Positions 9,470 to 18,384 of a DNA stretch of 64,000 bases are shown one piece after another. Source of the DNA: an uncultured virus (IMG/VR IMGVR_UViG_3300046168_000009). Taxonomy: Duplodnaviria; Heunggongvirae; Uroviricota; Caudoviricetes; Crassvirales. The position numbers and the translations under genes are program-made. How positions within the stretch are numbered: position 1 is the first letter of the stretch; every line of letters begins with the position of its first letter. The stretch lies in IMG/VR virus record IMGVR_UViG_3300046168_000009; one strand, given 5' to 3'. The notes under the pieces were generated by a model. It made no database searches and had not been told where the DNA came from. It saw only the letters and a program-made list of their open reading frames with translations.

Positions 9470-9912
9470 AAAAGCTAGAAGCAGGAGATTTAAAAAATCT
9501 TAATCTGCTAAAACATTATCGAATAATACGTAAATGGGCTTCCAAAAACAACGATCTAAATGAAGCAGACTTAGAACTATTAATATATTTAGATTGTATA
9601 GACTTGTTTACAAAAAAAGATTTTGAAGCAGGTTCTTACTCTTACAGTTGGGACAATAGAAGATGGAGTAGATTAATAAAAGGTGAATGGATCTCTGTTT
9701 GGAGGCAAAGAAATAGAACAACTCAGAAGTATAATATATACAAAATATCTTTTAAAGGCAAGCAGCTTATTAAAAGAATATATCGCATAATGCTAGGTGA
9801 AGAAGATATACCTATTAGCAAAAGGCGAAATAAAATAATAAAAGGAAATTCATACATAGATAAAGTTTTAACTAAATCTATATACAATGTTAATAAAGAT
9901 AAAAGCAGATAA
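9466..9912 (+). CDS. hypothetical protein, possible winged-helix DNA-binding protein
   Basis: Basic 148 aa; LNEADLELLIYL and Y.ISFKGKQL resemble MarR-like wHTH. Confidence 0.5.
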   Translation: MKKLEAGDLKNLNLLKHYRIIRKWASKNNDLNEADLELLIYLDCIDLFTKKDFEAGSYSYSWDNRRWSRLIKGEWISVWRQRNRTTQKYNIYKISFKGKQLIKRIYRIMLGEEDIPISKRRNKIIKGNSYIDKVLTKSIYNVNKDKSR

Positions 9913-10689
9913 ATGAGTACAATAGCAGCAAGTACAGCAGCGGGATCAAGAATCTCAGGTAGTAGATCCGGAGGAATAGGTAGTGCTATTGGGAATGCAA
10001 TGAACGGGAGTGCGATGGCTGCTTTAGGTTTAGGTTTAAATAACCAACAAGCTGTTGGTGCAGCACCAGAGCCAGAATCAACTGACCCAAGTTACTTATC
10101 TGATGCTAATTCAGCTTATAGTGACGCTTACTCTGCAATGATGGATAATCAAGGTCCAGGTGGAAGAGCAAACGCTCAGTCAGCTGGTTTAATGGATGCT
10201 CTTAATTCTGCTAAAAAAGCAAGAGATGCGGCTAGACTAAGATTCAAAGCTGAAGAAGCAGGTATGTCTCCAGAAGAATATAGTCAAGATCAAGTTTCTC
10301 AATATGGTGGAGGTTATGGAAGAAGATTAGGTATTGGTAATATGATGTCTCAATATGGTAATATTAGAAATGGTGTTAATGCAGCGCAAAATCAATTAGT
10401 AACAGATGCGCAACAATCTTATACAGATAATCCTAGTGAACAAGAAACACAAGAAAATGCTGCAGGCGCTGTGTCTAGGCTAAGAAATCCTTTAGGACAA
10501 GAGTTACAACCTATGATGAATGCTGTAGGGTTTAAAAATAGCGCTATATCAAATGCTGGAAAAATGTTTGGGCAATCTTACGGAGGATTATTCGCAGGTG
10601 CTGCTAAAAAATACAAAGGACCAGCACATTGTAATGTAGACACAATGCACACTATGTATTGGAACGACATGAGAAAAAGAAATAAATAA
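9913..10689 (+). CDS. low-complexity G/A/M/Q-rich protein with GAA motifs (possible internal virion protein)
   Basis: 258 aa; FAGAAKKYKGPAH near the C-terminus. Confidence 0.65.
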   Translation: MSTIAASTAAGSRISGSRSGGIGSAIGNAMNGSAMAALGLGLNNQQAVGAAPEPESTDPSYLSDANSAYSDAYSAMMDNQGPGGRANAQSAGLMDALNSAKKARDAARLRFKAEEAGMSPEEYSQDQVSQYGGGYGRRLGIGNMMSQYGNIRNGVNAAQNQLVTDAQQSYTDNPSEQETQENAAGAVSRLRNPLGQELQPMMNAVGFKNSAISNAGKMFGQSYGGLFAGAAKKYKGPAHCNVDTMHTMYWNDMRKRNK

Positions 10690-10704
10690 ATAAAAACAAT
10701 AATT

Positions 10705-10932
10705 ATGGACCATAAAAAATACGATCCAGCAATGGAAAGATTAAAACCAGGAACAAAAGTTGGTGTAGTAGGTGAATCTCATATATGGGACGGGCCTTTA
10801 AATCAAGAAGGCAGAGTTCATGGTCAAGGAGCTAGTAACGGAATAACGGGTATGCAAATACTTAAAGCTCCAGTTAAATATAAAGGAATTAATCCAGTTC
10901 TTTGCGCACAAGGTAGAGTTGGAGAATTATAA
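10705..10932 (+). CDS. hypothetical protein
   Basis: 75 aa ORF in a tightly packed operon. Confidence 0.7.
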   Translation: MDHKKYDPAMERLKPGTKVGVVGESHIWDGPLNQEGRVHGQGASNGITGMQILKAPVKYKGINPVLCAQGRVGEL

Positions 10933-10942
10933 AAAATAAAAC

Positions 10943-11467
10943 ATGAGCACATACATTTCATCATTAGACGTTATACCAAGTAGTAGCTATAATATACCTC
11001 AACCAGGTCGATTAGCAACTCCTATAGCAGCCGCAGGTTCTTCAACCACACAATTAGTTTCAACAGGAGCTGAGTTCACTGCTGCAAAAACAAGACCATT
11101 AGGATATACAATAAACGGAGGTGACATTATATATAATGCAACACAGAGCGTCGTTTATCAAATAGTTAAAGTTGTTAACGATACTACTATAGAAATAGCT
11201 ACAGCTCCAGTGGCAATAGCCCCTTCAGATACTTGCTTTATATACAAAGGTAACGTAAGACCAGCTACTTCCGCAGCATCTGGAAGTGAAGGTTATTCAT
11301 TATACTTTGGCGCAAGCGGTGATGTAAAGGTAGAAGACGTATCGAACAATACTGTTACATTAAAAAGTGTACCTGTTGGAAAAATAATAGATTTACAAGT
11401 TATAAAAATATATGATTCAAATCCAACTCCACCAGCTGGTATTGTAGCTTTAGAAAAAATAGATTAG
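10943..11467 (+). CDS. putative structural (capsid decoration-like) protein
   Basis: 174 aa beta-rich, T/S/A-rich. Confidence 0.55.
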   Translation: MSTYISSLDVIPSSSYNIPQPGRLATPIAAAGSSTTQLVSTGAEFTAAKTRPLGYTINGGDIIYNATQSVVYQIVKVVNDTTIEIATAPVAIAPSDTCFIYKGNVRPATSAASGSEGYSLYFGASGDVKVEDVSNNTVTLKSVPVGKIIDLQVIKIYDSNPTPPAGIVALEKID

Positions 11468-11469
11468 TT

Positions 11470-11673
11470 ATGGGAAATATGTTAATGAATAGATTAGGCG
11501 CGGCAAAAGCAGGTAAAGGATGTGCAGAGTCAGAAGGTGGAAGCGGGTGCGTTGTAAAGCGTGGCGATAAATACGTTATTTTAAATAATAAAAAAGGTGG
11601 TGTCTGGAAATCAGGTTTTTCCTCAGCTGAAGAAGCTAAGAAAATGCTTTCCGCATATCACGCAAATTCATAA
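11470..11673 (+). CDS. small protein with N-terminal GAAK motif
   Basis: MGNMLMNRLGAAKAG... Confidence 0.65.
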   Translation: MGNMLMNRLGAAKAGKGCAESEGGSGCVVKRGDKYVILNNKKGGVWKSGFSSAEEAKKMLSAYHANS

Positions 11674-11675
11674 TT

Positions 11676-12026
11676 ATGGGATACAATCATAAAGGACATT
11701 ACGGTCATTACAGCGGAAACGCTAAACATTCAAAACATCACATGGTTAATTCATGGGAAGAAGAAGATGTAGCAAGAGGTAGAAAAGAAATGGCTGAAGG
11801 CCACAAAGGACATGCTGAAGCTTTATTTGACGATGCTCATGGTAGTTACAATTACGATGGTCATAATTCTACTGGTGCTGAACATCATGGAGCTGCTAAG
11901 ACAGTTAGTTGGAAATATGGAGATGCTACATACTCAGGTGAATTAATACCTAGCAAAGAAACATCTACACATAGATACGCTAGAACACATAACGGTAAAA
12001 TAAAATCCTTACCGAAGAATAAATAA
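11676..12026 (+). CDS. His/Gly-rich protein with GAAK motif
   Basis: 116 aa; GNAKH, GAEHHGAAKTV. Confidence 0.7.
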   Translation: MGYNHKGHYGHYSGNAKHSKHHMVNSWEEEDVARGRKEMAEGHKGHAEALFDDAHGSYNYDGHNSTGAEHHGAAKTVSWKYGDATYSGELIPSKETSTHRYARTHNGKIKSLPKNK

Positions 12027-12096
12027 GCAGAGTAAACTGATAAATCACATAAAACAAACAACAAACAACAAACAACCAAAACAAAAAACAAAAATT

Positions 12097-12543
12097 ATGG
12101 CAAAATTCATTAAATTTAGAATTGACAACGCTAACGCTTTAACAGGTGGACTAGGACAAAGAGACGTATTATTAGACGTTTCAAAAATTGAAAGCATTGC
12201 AGACGTTGGAGCGGCTACATCAGTGGTTATTACATTAAGCGAGTATGTAGGGTTACCAGCTGCATTAGCTGCAGGAGCTCAAGATGCTGGAACAGTAGGT
12301 GGAAGAATACTTACATTAACTCTAGGTAATTCAACTAACCAAACTACGGGTAATATTACTCCCCCAGCGGTTCCTACTGTATATCAAAACATGCCTTCTC
12401 AATCTATTAACAAAGCATTAACTGCTAATCCAGGTGGAGTTTCTTCACAAGTTCAATTAGCTTTAGATGGTGATGGTGTAAGAGGAGTTGATAGCCAAAT
12501 GTACTTTGTACAAGCTGCGTTTTCTTCTAGTAACGTTATATAA
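12097..12543 (+). CDS. putative structural protein
   Basis: 148 aa; long A/C-rich leader; ALTANPGG motif. Confidence 0.65.
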   Translation: MAKFIKFRIDNANALTGGLGQRDVLLDVSKIESIADVGAATSVVITLSEYVGLPAALAAGAQDAGTVGGRILTLTLGNSTNQTTGNITPPAVPTVYQNMPSQSINKALTANPGGVSSQVQLALDGDGVRGVDSQMYFVQAAFSSSNVI

Positions 12544-12546
12544 TAA

Positions 12547-12708
12547 ATGGAATCTAGAGGATTAGGCGATAGCATTGCTAAATTCACTAACAAAACAGGT
12601 ATTAAGACCGTTGTAGATAAAATATCAGACGGTCTTAACATACCTTGTGGTTGTGATAAAAGACAATCATGGTTTAATAAAAAATTTCCTTATAACAATG
12701 GCATTTAA
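12547..12708 (+). CDS. small GLGD...CGC protein (53 aa)
   Basis: Hand-translated MESRGLGDSIAKFTNKTGIKTVVDKISDGLNIPCGCDKRQSWFNKKFPY; fills the gap between neighbours. Confidence 0.75.
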   Translation: MESRGLGDSIAKFTNKTGIKTVVDKISDGLNIPCGCDKRQSWFNKKFPYNNGI

Positions 12709-13069
12709 AATAAACCCTCCGTTCGATTTAAACAAAATGAACACGTCTGTATTTGAAAGAAATATGGGTGATGATCCTGTTTATGCGCGAACACCTAAAA
12801 ATGGAGTTATTATTTTAAATGAAGATATACTAGATGATCCAGTAGAAATGCAGAAAACATTAGCTCATGAACAAGTTCACGTTGATCAATATAAAAGTGA
12901 AATAAAAAATCCAGGTAGTGGATTAGATTATGAGGTAGATTCTGAAGGAGCTGGTAAAGTAATGTTTAAAGGAAAAGAATATGATTACTCAGTAATGCAG
13001 GCCGGTAAAGGTCCTTGGGAAAAAGATGCTCAATTAGCAGAAAAAAAATTAATGCAAAATAATAAATAA
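12698..13069 (+). CDS. zincin-like metallopeptidase (HExxH)
   Basis: GVIILN...TLAHEQVHVDQ plus downstream PWEKDA; likely start ATG12698 (MAFKINPP). Confidence 0.75.
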   Translation: MAFKINPPFDLNKMNTSVFERNMGDDPVYARTPKNGVIILNEDILDDPVEMQKTLAHEQVHVDQYKSEIKNPGSGLDYEVDSEGAGKVMFKGKEYDYSVMQAGKGPWEKDAQLAEKKLMQNNK

Positions 13070-13074
13070 ACGTA

Positions 13075-14058
13075 ATGGATAAAATGAAAACAAATCAAGA
13101 TGGCGGTAGCGTAACAGCTAAAGATTCATCAGCTGCAGGAAAGCAGTTAGAAAAAAACCAAAAAGGTGCTGCTAAATATAAGCATGGCGCAGCAGACGGA
13201 CACATGAAAGATGAAAAGAAAGGTGCAGCTAAATACAAAGGTGCTCATGATTATGATACATCTAAAGGTTCTCACGATCACCCACATGGTGCTGCAAAAA
13301 TGGGTTACTCTCAATCTTTTGGAGCTGCAAGAATGAATGGTTATGCTAAAGGAGCTGCTAGAGTAGCTAACATAATGAGTTTTGGAGCTTCTAAATATAT
13401 GAATCACGGAGCGGCAGACAATCATATAGATCCAGTAGATGGAGACGCAGTGCCTAATTATGACACTACTAACACTACTGTTAGACCTAACACTAATTCA
13501 ACATCATCAAGTTCTAGTTCTAGTTCTAGTTCTTCAAGACCTCGAAGAACAAGAGAGCAAGCGTTTCAAAATAGAGGATCGCAATACGCTAACATGAATA
13601 GAGAAGAATACAATAAAGAGATTGATGCTTACAATGCAAAGAATAGAGCAGTTAGTTCTAATAATTCATCTAGTTCTGATAATTCATCTAGTTCTTCAGT
13701 GTCAACTAACACAACAAATACAAAAATAGGTAACCTTACACCTAATTCTGTAGCTTTAAGTGGAGAAGAGCAATTGCAAAATAACAAGAATAAAATAATA
13801 GCGGAAAGACAAGCTAGACTATTAGCAAGAAAAAAAGATTCTACTGATGCTGCTAATAAATATCTTGCTAGAAAAGGAAGACAGTCAGGAACACTAACCG
13901 AGCTGGACGCACTCAAAGCACAACAGTTTGGTGATAGAGCTGCGCTTGCTAGCGGTAATCGAGCAAATAGAGACATGGGATATCCTAGATCAAGTCAATC
14001 TATAAGAGAAATAGTTAATGAAATTTCTGCAAAACCAAACGTAGATTTAGATCAATAA
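13075..14058 (+). CDS. repeat protein with nine GA(A/H/S)x motifs and Ser-rich linkers
   Basis: GAAK, GAAD, GAAK, GAHD, GAAK, GAAR, GAAR, GASK, GAAD within the first ~115 aa. Confidence 0.75.
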   Translation: MDKMKTNQDGGSVTAKDSSAAGKQLEKNQKGAAKYKHGAADGHMKDEKKGAAKYKGAHDYDTSKGSHDHPHGAAKMGYSQSFGAARMNGYAKGAARVANIMSFGASKYMNHGAADNHIDPVDGDAVPNYDTTNTTVRPNTNSTSSSSSSSSSSSRPRRTREQAFQNRGSQYANMNREEYNKEIDAYNAKNRAVSSNNSSSSDNSSSSSVSTNTTNTKIGNLTPNSVALSGEEQLQNNKNKIIAERQARLLARKKDSTDAANKYLARKGRQSGTLTELDALKAQQFGDRAALASGNRANRDMGYPRSSQSIREIVNEISAKPNVDLDQ

Positions 14059-14061
14059 ATT

Positions 14062-14465
14062 TTGAAAAAAATAATTCAATGGCTTACAGGTGGCGTCATC
14101 AAAGAAGTTGGTGACGTCATTGATAAGCTTACAACCACGAAAGAAGAAAAGCTGCTAATTAAAAAGCAAATCCAAGAAATCATGGATAAGGCTAATGCTG
14201 AGGCAGAGAGTCAAATAACAAGGCGTTGGGAAAGCGACATGAAATCAGATTCATGGCTTTCTAAAAATACACGACCTATGGCTCTTATATTTTTATCTAT
14301 TCATGGCTATAGCTTTTATATGGGTTGATAGTCATCATGAAATATCTTTTACTGTAGAACAAGAGTGGATTGGATTATTAAAGCAGTTACTTACAACTGT
14401 TTATATAGCTTACTTTTGGATCACGAGGCGTGGAAAAATTCAAATCTATAAGTAATAATAAGTAG
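14062..14465 (+). CDS. holin (3TM, GTA-holin-like), two apparent frameshifts at about 14299 and 14415
   Basis: RWESDMKSDSWLSKNTRP motif; restored C-terminus ...IAFIWVDS...LLTTVYIAYFGSRGVEK. Confidence 0.7.
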
Positions 14466-14501
14466 TAAGAGTATTAATTAAATTAAATAAAATCTAATAA
14501 A

Positions 14502-14843
14502 ATGAAAAAACTAATATTATCATTATGTTTATTCTGTTCTATTCTAATGTATTCACAAGATAGAAAAGAATTTGCTGGAGTATGGCAAGACATCAATAAC
14601 GAAGAAACTGTTTTAGTTGTGTATCACGACAAGATTATTAAATCTTTAAAATTTTGGAACTTTAAGTTAGGTGACAAGTTTAACATTAAAGAAAGTTTTT
14701 TATATGAAAAAAACGGTTTAGTTCAAACAGAGTATGAAGACAATATTAATAATGTAAAATTTATTACCGAGTACAGATTAGAAGATAATATATTAACAAA
14801 AGAAGCAAATGGTATGCTTCAACAATTCACTAAATTAAATTAA
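14502..14843 (+). CDS. secreted protein with Sec signal peptide
   Basis: MKKLILSLCLFCSILMYS|Q signal peptide followed by Gln. Confidence 0.7.
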   Translation: MKKLILSLCLFCSILMYSQDRKEFAGVWQDINNEETVLVVYHDKIIKSLKFWNFKLGDKFNIKESFLYEKNGLVQTEYEDNINNVKFITEYRLEDNILTKEANGMLQQFTKLN

Positions 14844-14849
14844 ATTAAA

Positions 14850-15122
14850 ATGGCAGAAAGCTTTAAAATTACAGAAGAAGAATTAAAAGTTGTTCAAGAA
14901 CAACAAGCTAATTATCAAAAAATAATAGAACAACTAGGGTTATCTGACGTGAGAAAACACACGCTTTTATCTCAGTTAGATTTATTACTTCCTAAAATAG
15001 AAGAGAATAAACAAGCTCTTGAAGAGAAATACGGTTCTATTAACATAAACATACAAACAGGAGAATACACTGATATAGAGAAAGACGACGGTGAAAATGC
15101 TGTTGTTAAAGCAGAGGACTAA
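14850..15122 (+). CDS. coiled-coil hypothetical protein
   Basis: 90 aa; LEEKYG.ININIQTG. Confidence 0.75.
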   Translation: MAESFKITEEELKVVQEQQANYQKIIEQLGLSDVRKHTLLSQLDLLLPKIEENKQALEEKYGSININIQTGEYTDIEKDDGENAVVKAED

Positions 15123-15349
15123 TGACTAATGTAATAAGAAAGATCAGTATAGGTGCTGATTATAAAAGCGATGCTATGCACTACTCTGTTGGACAAAGTG
15201 TCTATGGTGGTCATGAAATTGCCTATATAACTCAAGACCAGAAAGATAATTCTTATAATATTCACATAAAGAAAAACAATGAGGTATTGCCGTGGAAGAA
15301 GTTTAATTCTAACATGGCTATATCCATTGAATATGATTTAGAGTATTAA
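15122..15349 (+). CDS. hypothetical protein
   Basis: 75 aa, translationally coupled on both sides. Confidence 0.75.
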   Translation: MTNVIRKISIGADYKSDAMHYSVGQSVYGGHEIAYITQDQKDNSYNIHIKKNNEVLPWKKFNSNMAISIEYDLEY

Positions 15350-15954
15350 TGAAAAGCTTGTATGATTTCATAGTAAAGCCTCTAGGAGATACTTATGAAA
15401 ATAAAAAAACAATAGGTGACAAAGAGCTTATATTAAATACTAAAATTGAAAGTTTTAAATTTGTAAACAATGTAGCAGAAGTTGTTGAAACTCCGGCTGC
15501 TTATGAAACTATTATAAAAAAAGGCGATTTAGTATTAATACACCATAATGTTTTTAGAACTTTTTATAGCATGCAAGGTGTAAAGAAAAAATCAAGATCT
15601 TATTTTAAAGATGATCTGTTTTTTTGTGCTCTTGATCAAATATACTTATGTAAAAATAAGAATAAATGGAAAGCTGTAAACAATAGATGTTTTGTTAAAC
15701 CTTTAAAATCTAAAGACAAACTAACAACAAATAAAGAACAGCACCTAATTGGTATACTTAAAATAGGTAATAGTTCCTTAGAAGCGCTAGGAATAAACGA
15801 GGGAGACTGTATTGGTTATACTCCTTATGGAGAATATGATTTTAATGTAGAAAACGAGCGTTTATATTGTATGAAATCTAATGATATTGTAATTAAATAT
15901 GGAAATAAAGAAAACCAAGAAGAGTATAATCCAAGCTGGGCAAATAGCGGTTGA
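15349..15954 (+). CDS. tandem GroES-like protein
   Basis: Two repeats of F(I)VKPL...G/A-V...(I)KKGD/EGD, as in the Cpn10 fold. Confidence 0.6.
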   Translation: MKSLYDFIVKPLGDTYENKKTIGDKELILNTKIESFKFVNNVAEVVETPAAYETIIKKGDLVLIHHNVFRTFYSMQGVKKKSRSYFKDDLFFCALDQIYLCKNKNKWKAVNNRCFVKPLKSKDKLTTNKEQHLIGILKIGNSSLEALGINEGDCIGYTPYGEYDFNVENERLYCMKSNDIVIKYGNKENQEEYNPSWANSG

Positions 15955-16174
15955 AGAATTAATTAAAGTCGCTAAAGAGCCCATTATAGATTTTGGCCCT
16001 GACATTTCTGCAGACAGGCTTAAAAACGCTGCGGCTACTAAAAAGTTAGCTATATTTGACGCTTTTGAAATACTACAAAGAATACAAGAAGAAGAGAATA
16101 TTATAAATGAAAAACCAAAAGAAGTTAAGGAAGAAAAAGCTTTTAAAGGTTTTGCAGAAGGAAGATCTAAGTAA
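15899..16174 (+). CDS. putative terminase small subunit
   Basis: Helical 91 aa protein coupled to terL. Confidence 0.55.
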   Translation: MEIKKTKKSIIQAGQIAVEELIKVAKEPIIDFGPDISADRLKNAAATKKLAIFDAFEILQRIQEEENIINEKPKEVKEEKAFKGFAEGRSK

Positions 16175-18384
16175 TGTATAAGCAAGATCTTTTTACTGTT
16201 GTTAAAGACCACATAAAACCTAAAGTTCTAAAAAGAATGAATAGGTATAATAAGTGGGAGTATGGTTATAATGAAGAACATGATATAGTTGTTATATCTA
16301 AAACAGGAAAAATAGGTGAAATATACAAGATACAAAACTTATATATAGGATTACCTGAAGTTTCTAAGAATGTTGTTAAATTTAAAAACAACAAATGGAA
16401 TAGAGAAACATTACCAATTGCTTTCAAAAAAATCAAAACAATTTTTGATTGGGAAGAATACCCGGTTGATTTTAAAGAAAAATGGTATGATTACATTGAT
16501 AAAGAATTTACTAGAAGAGAACAAGGTTTTTGGTTCTATAATAAGAGTGTGGCTACTTACCTTACTGGTACTCACTATATGTACTTGCAGTGGTCCAAAA
16601 TTGATGTTGGGAAACCAGACTTTAGGGAAGCAAACAGATTATTCTTTATATTCTGGGAAGCTTGTAAGGCAGACATCAGGTGTTATGGAATGTGCTATCT
16701 CAAAAACCGTAGATCGGGATTTTCGTTTATGGCCTCAGGAGAGGTGGTTAATCTTGCAACTATTAATTCCGATTCACGATACGGCATACTGTCCAAATCT
16801 GGGGCCGACGCCAAGACAATGTTCACAGATAAAGTCGTCCCAATATCGGTCAATTATCCGTTCTTTTTTAAACCGATACAGGACGGAATGGATCGTCCCA
16901 AGACCGAACTTGCCTACAGAGTACCAGCCTCCAAGTTCACCAGAAGGAAACTCATCGCCAACGAGACCGCGGCCGATCTTGAGGGACTCGATACCACTAT
17001 CGATTGGAAAAACACGGGAGACAATGCCTATGATGGGGAGAAACTTAAACTCCTCGTCCACGACGAATCAGGTAAATGGGAAAGGCCCAACAACATCCTC
17101 AACAACTGGCGTGTTACGAAAACCACCCTTAGATTAGGTAGTAGAATTATTGGAAAGTGCATGATGGGATCAACATCTAACGCTTTAGACAAAGGAGGTG
17201 ATAACTTCAAAAAACTATACTATGATTCAGATGTTACAGAAAGAAACGCCAATGGACAGACTCGCAGCGGACTCTATTCTTTGTTCATACCTATGGAATG
17301 GAACTACGAAGGATACATTGATTCTTATGGCGTACCTGTATTCGACACACCAAAAACCCCGGCTGAAGATCCTCACGGGGTCAAAATAAAACAAGGTGTA
17401 ATAGAGTATTGGCAAAACGAAGTTGATGGTTTAAAGCAAGATCAAGACGCTTTAAACGAGTTTTATAGACAATTTCCAAGAACTGAAGAACACGCTTTCA
17501 GAGACGAAGCCAAATCTTCATTGTTTAATTTAACTAAAATTTACGAGCAAATAGATTATAACGGTGATGTTGGCAAAACAAAACTAGTAACTAGAGGAGA
17601 TTTTTACTGGGAAAACGGAATAAAAGATACAAGAGTTCTTTTTGCGCCTAAAAATAACGGTAAGTTTTACCTATCATGGGTGCCAGATGTTAGTCAACAA
17701 AATAGCATTATAATAAAGAGAGGTATAAAATATCCAGCTAATGAACACATGGGTGCTTTTGGCTGTGATAGTTATGATATATCAGGAACAGTTGACGGTA
17801 GAGGTTCTAATGGATCTTTACATGGTTTAACTAAGTTTAGTATGGAAAATGCTCCTGCTAATCATTTTTTTCTAGAATATATAGCAAGACCTCAAACTGC
17901 TGAAATGTTTTTTGAAGATGTTCTAATGGCATGTATTTTTTATGGCATGCCTATACTAGCAGAAAATAACAAACCCAGATTACTGTATCATTTTAAAAGA
18001 AGAGGTTACAGAGGTTTTGCAATGAATAGACCAGATAAATTAAAACTATCTATTACAGAAAGAGAGATAGGTGGAATACCTAATTCATCAGAAGATATTA
18101 AGCAAGCTCACGCAGCTGCTATAGAATCATATATAGAAGATTTTGTAGGTTTAAAACAAAATGGAACATACGGAGATATTTACTTTCAAAGAACATTAAA
18201 CGATTGGTCTAAATTTAATATAAATAACAGAACAAAACACGATGCTTCTATAAGTTCTGGCTTAGCAATAATGGCCTGCAATAAAAATAAATATAGACCC
18301 ATACCTACAATTACAAGAAAAACTTATGATCTTGGTTTTAAAAGATATAATAATAAAGGAACAATGTCAAAAATAATTGAATAA
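16174..18384 (+). CDS. terL: terminase large subunit
   Basis: KNRRSGFS Walker A-like, LLVHDESGK Walker B, MGST coupling motif, FGCD nuclease motif, HDASIS. Confidence 0.92.
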   Translation: MYKQDLFTVVKDHIKPKVLKRMNRYNKWEYGYNEEHDIVVISKTGKIGEIYKIQNLYIGLPEVSKNVVKFKNNKWNRETLPIAFKKIKTIFDWEEYPVDFKEKWYDYIDKEFTRREQGFWFYNKSVATYLTGTHYMYLQWSKIDVGKPDFREANRLFFIFWEACKADIRCYGMCYLKNRRSGFSFMASGEVVNLATINSDSRYGILSKSGADAKTMFTDKVVPISVNYPFFFKPIQDGMDRPKTELAYRVPASKFTRRKLIANETAADLEGLDTTIDWKNTGDNAYDGEKLKLLVHDESGKWERPNNILNNWRVTKTTLRLGSRIIGKCMMGSTSNALDKGGDNFKKLYYDSDVTERNANGQTRSGLYSLFIPMEWNYEGYIDSYGVPVFDTPKTPAEDPHGVKIKQGVIEYWQNEVDGLKQDQDALNEFYRQFPRTEEHAFRDEAKSSLFNLTKIYEQIDYNGDVGKTKLVTRGDFYWENGIKDTRVLFAPKNNGKFYLSWVPDVSQQNSIIIKRGIKYPANEHMGAFGCDSYDISGTVDGRGSNGSLHGLTKFSMENAPANHFFLEYIARPQTAEMFFEDVLMACIFYGMPILAENNKPRLLYHFKRRGYRGFAMNRPDKLKLSITEREIGGIPNSSEDIKQAHAAAIESYIEDFVGLKQNGTYGDIYFQRTLNDWSKFNINNRTKHDASISSGLAIMACNKNKYRPIPTITRKTYDLGFKRYNNKGTMSKIIE

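Noticed and set aside
13495..13700. AGTTCT / AATTCATCTAGTTCT short tandem repeats
   Set aside because: Simply encode Ser-rich linkers of the 13075 protein
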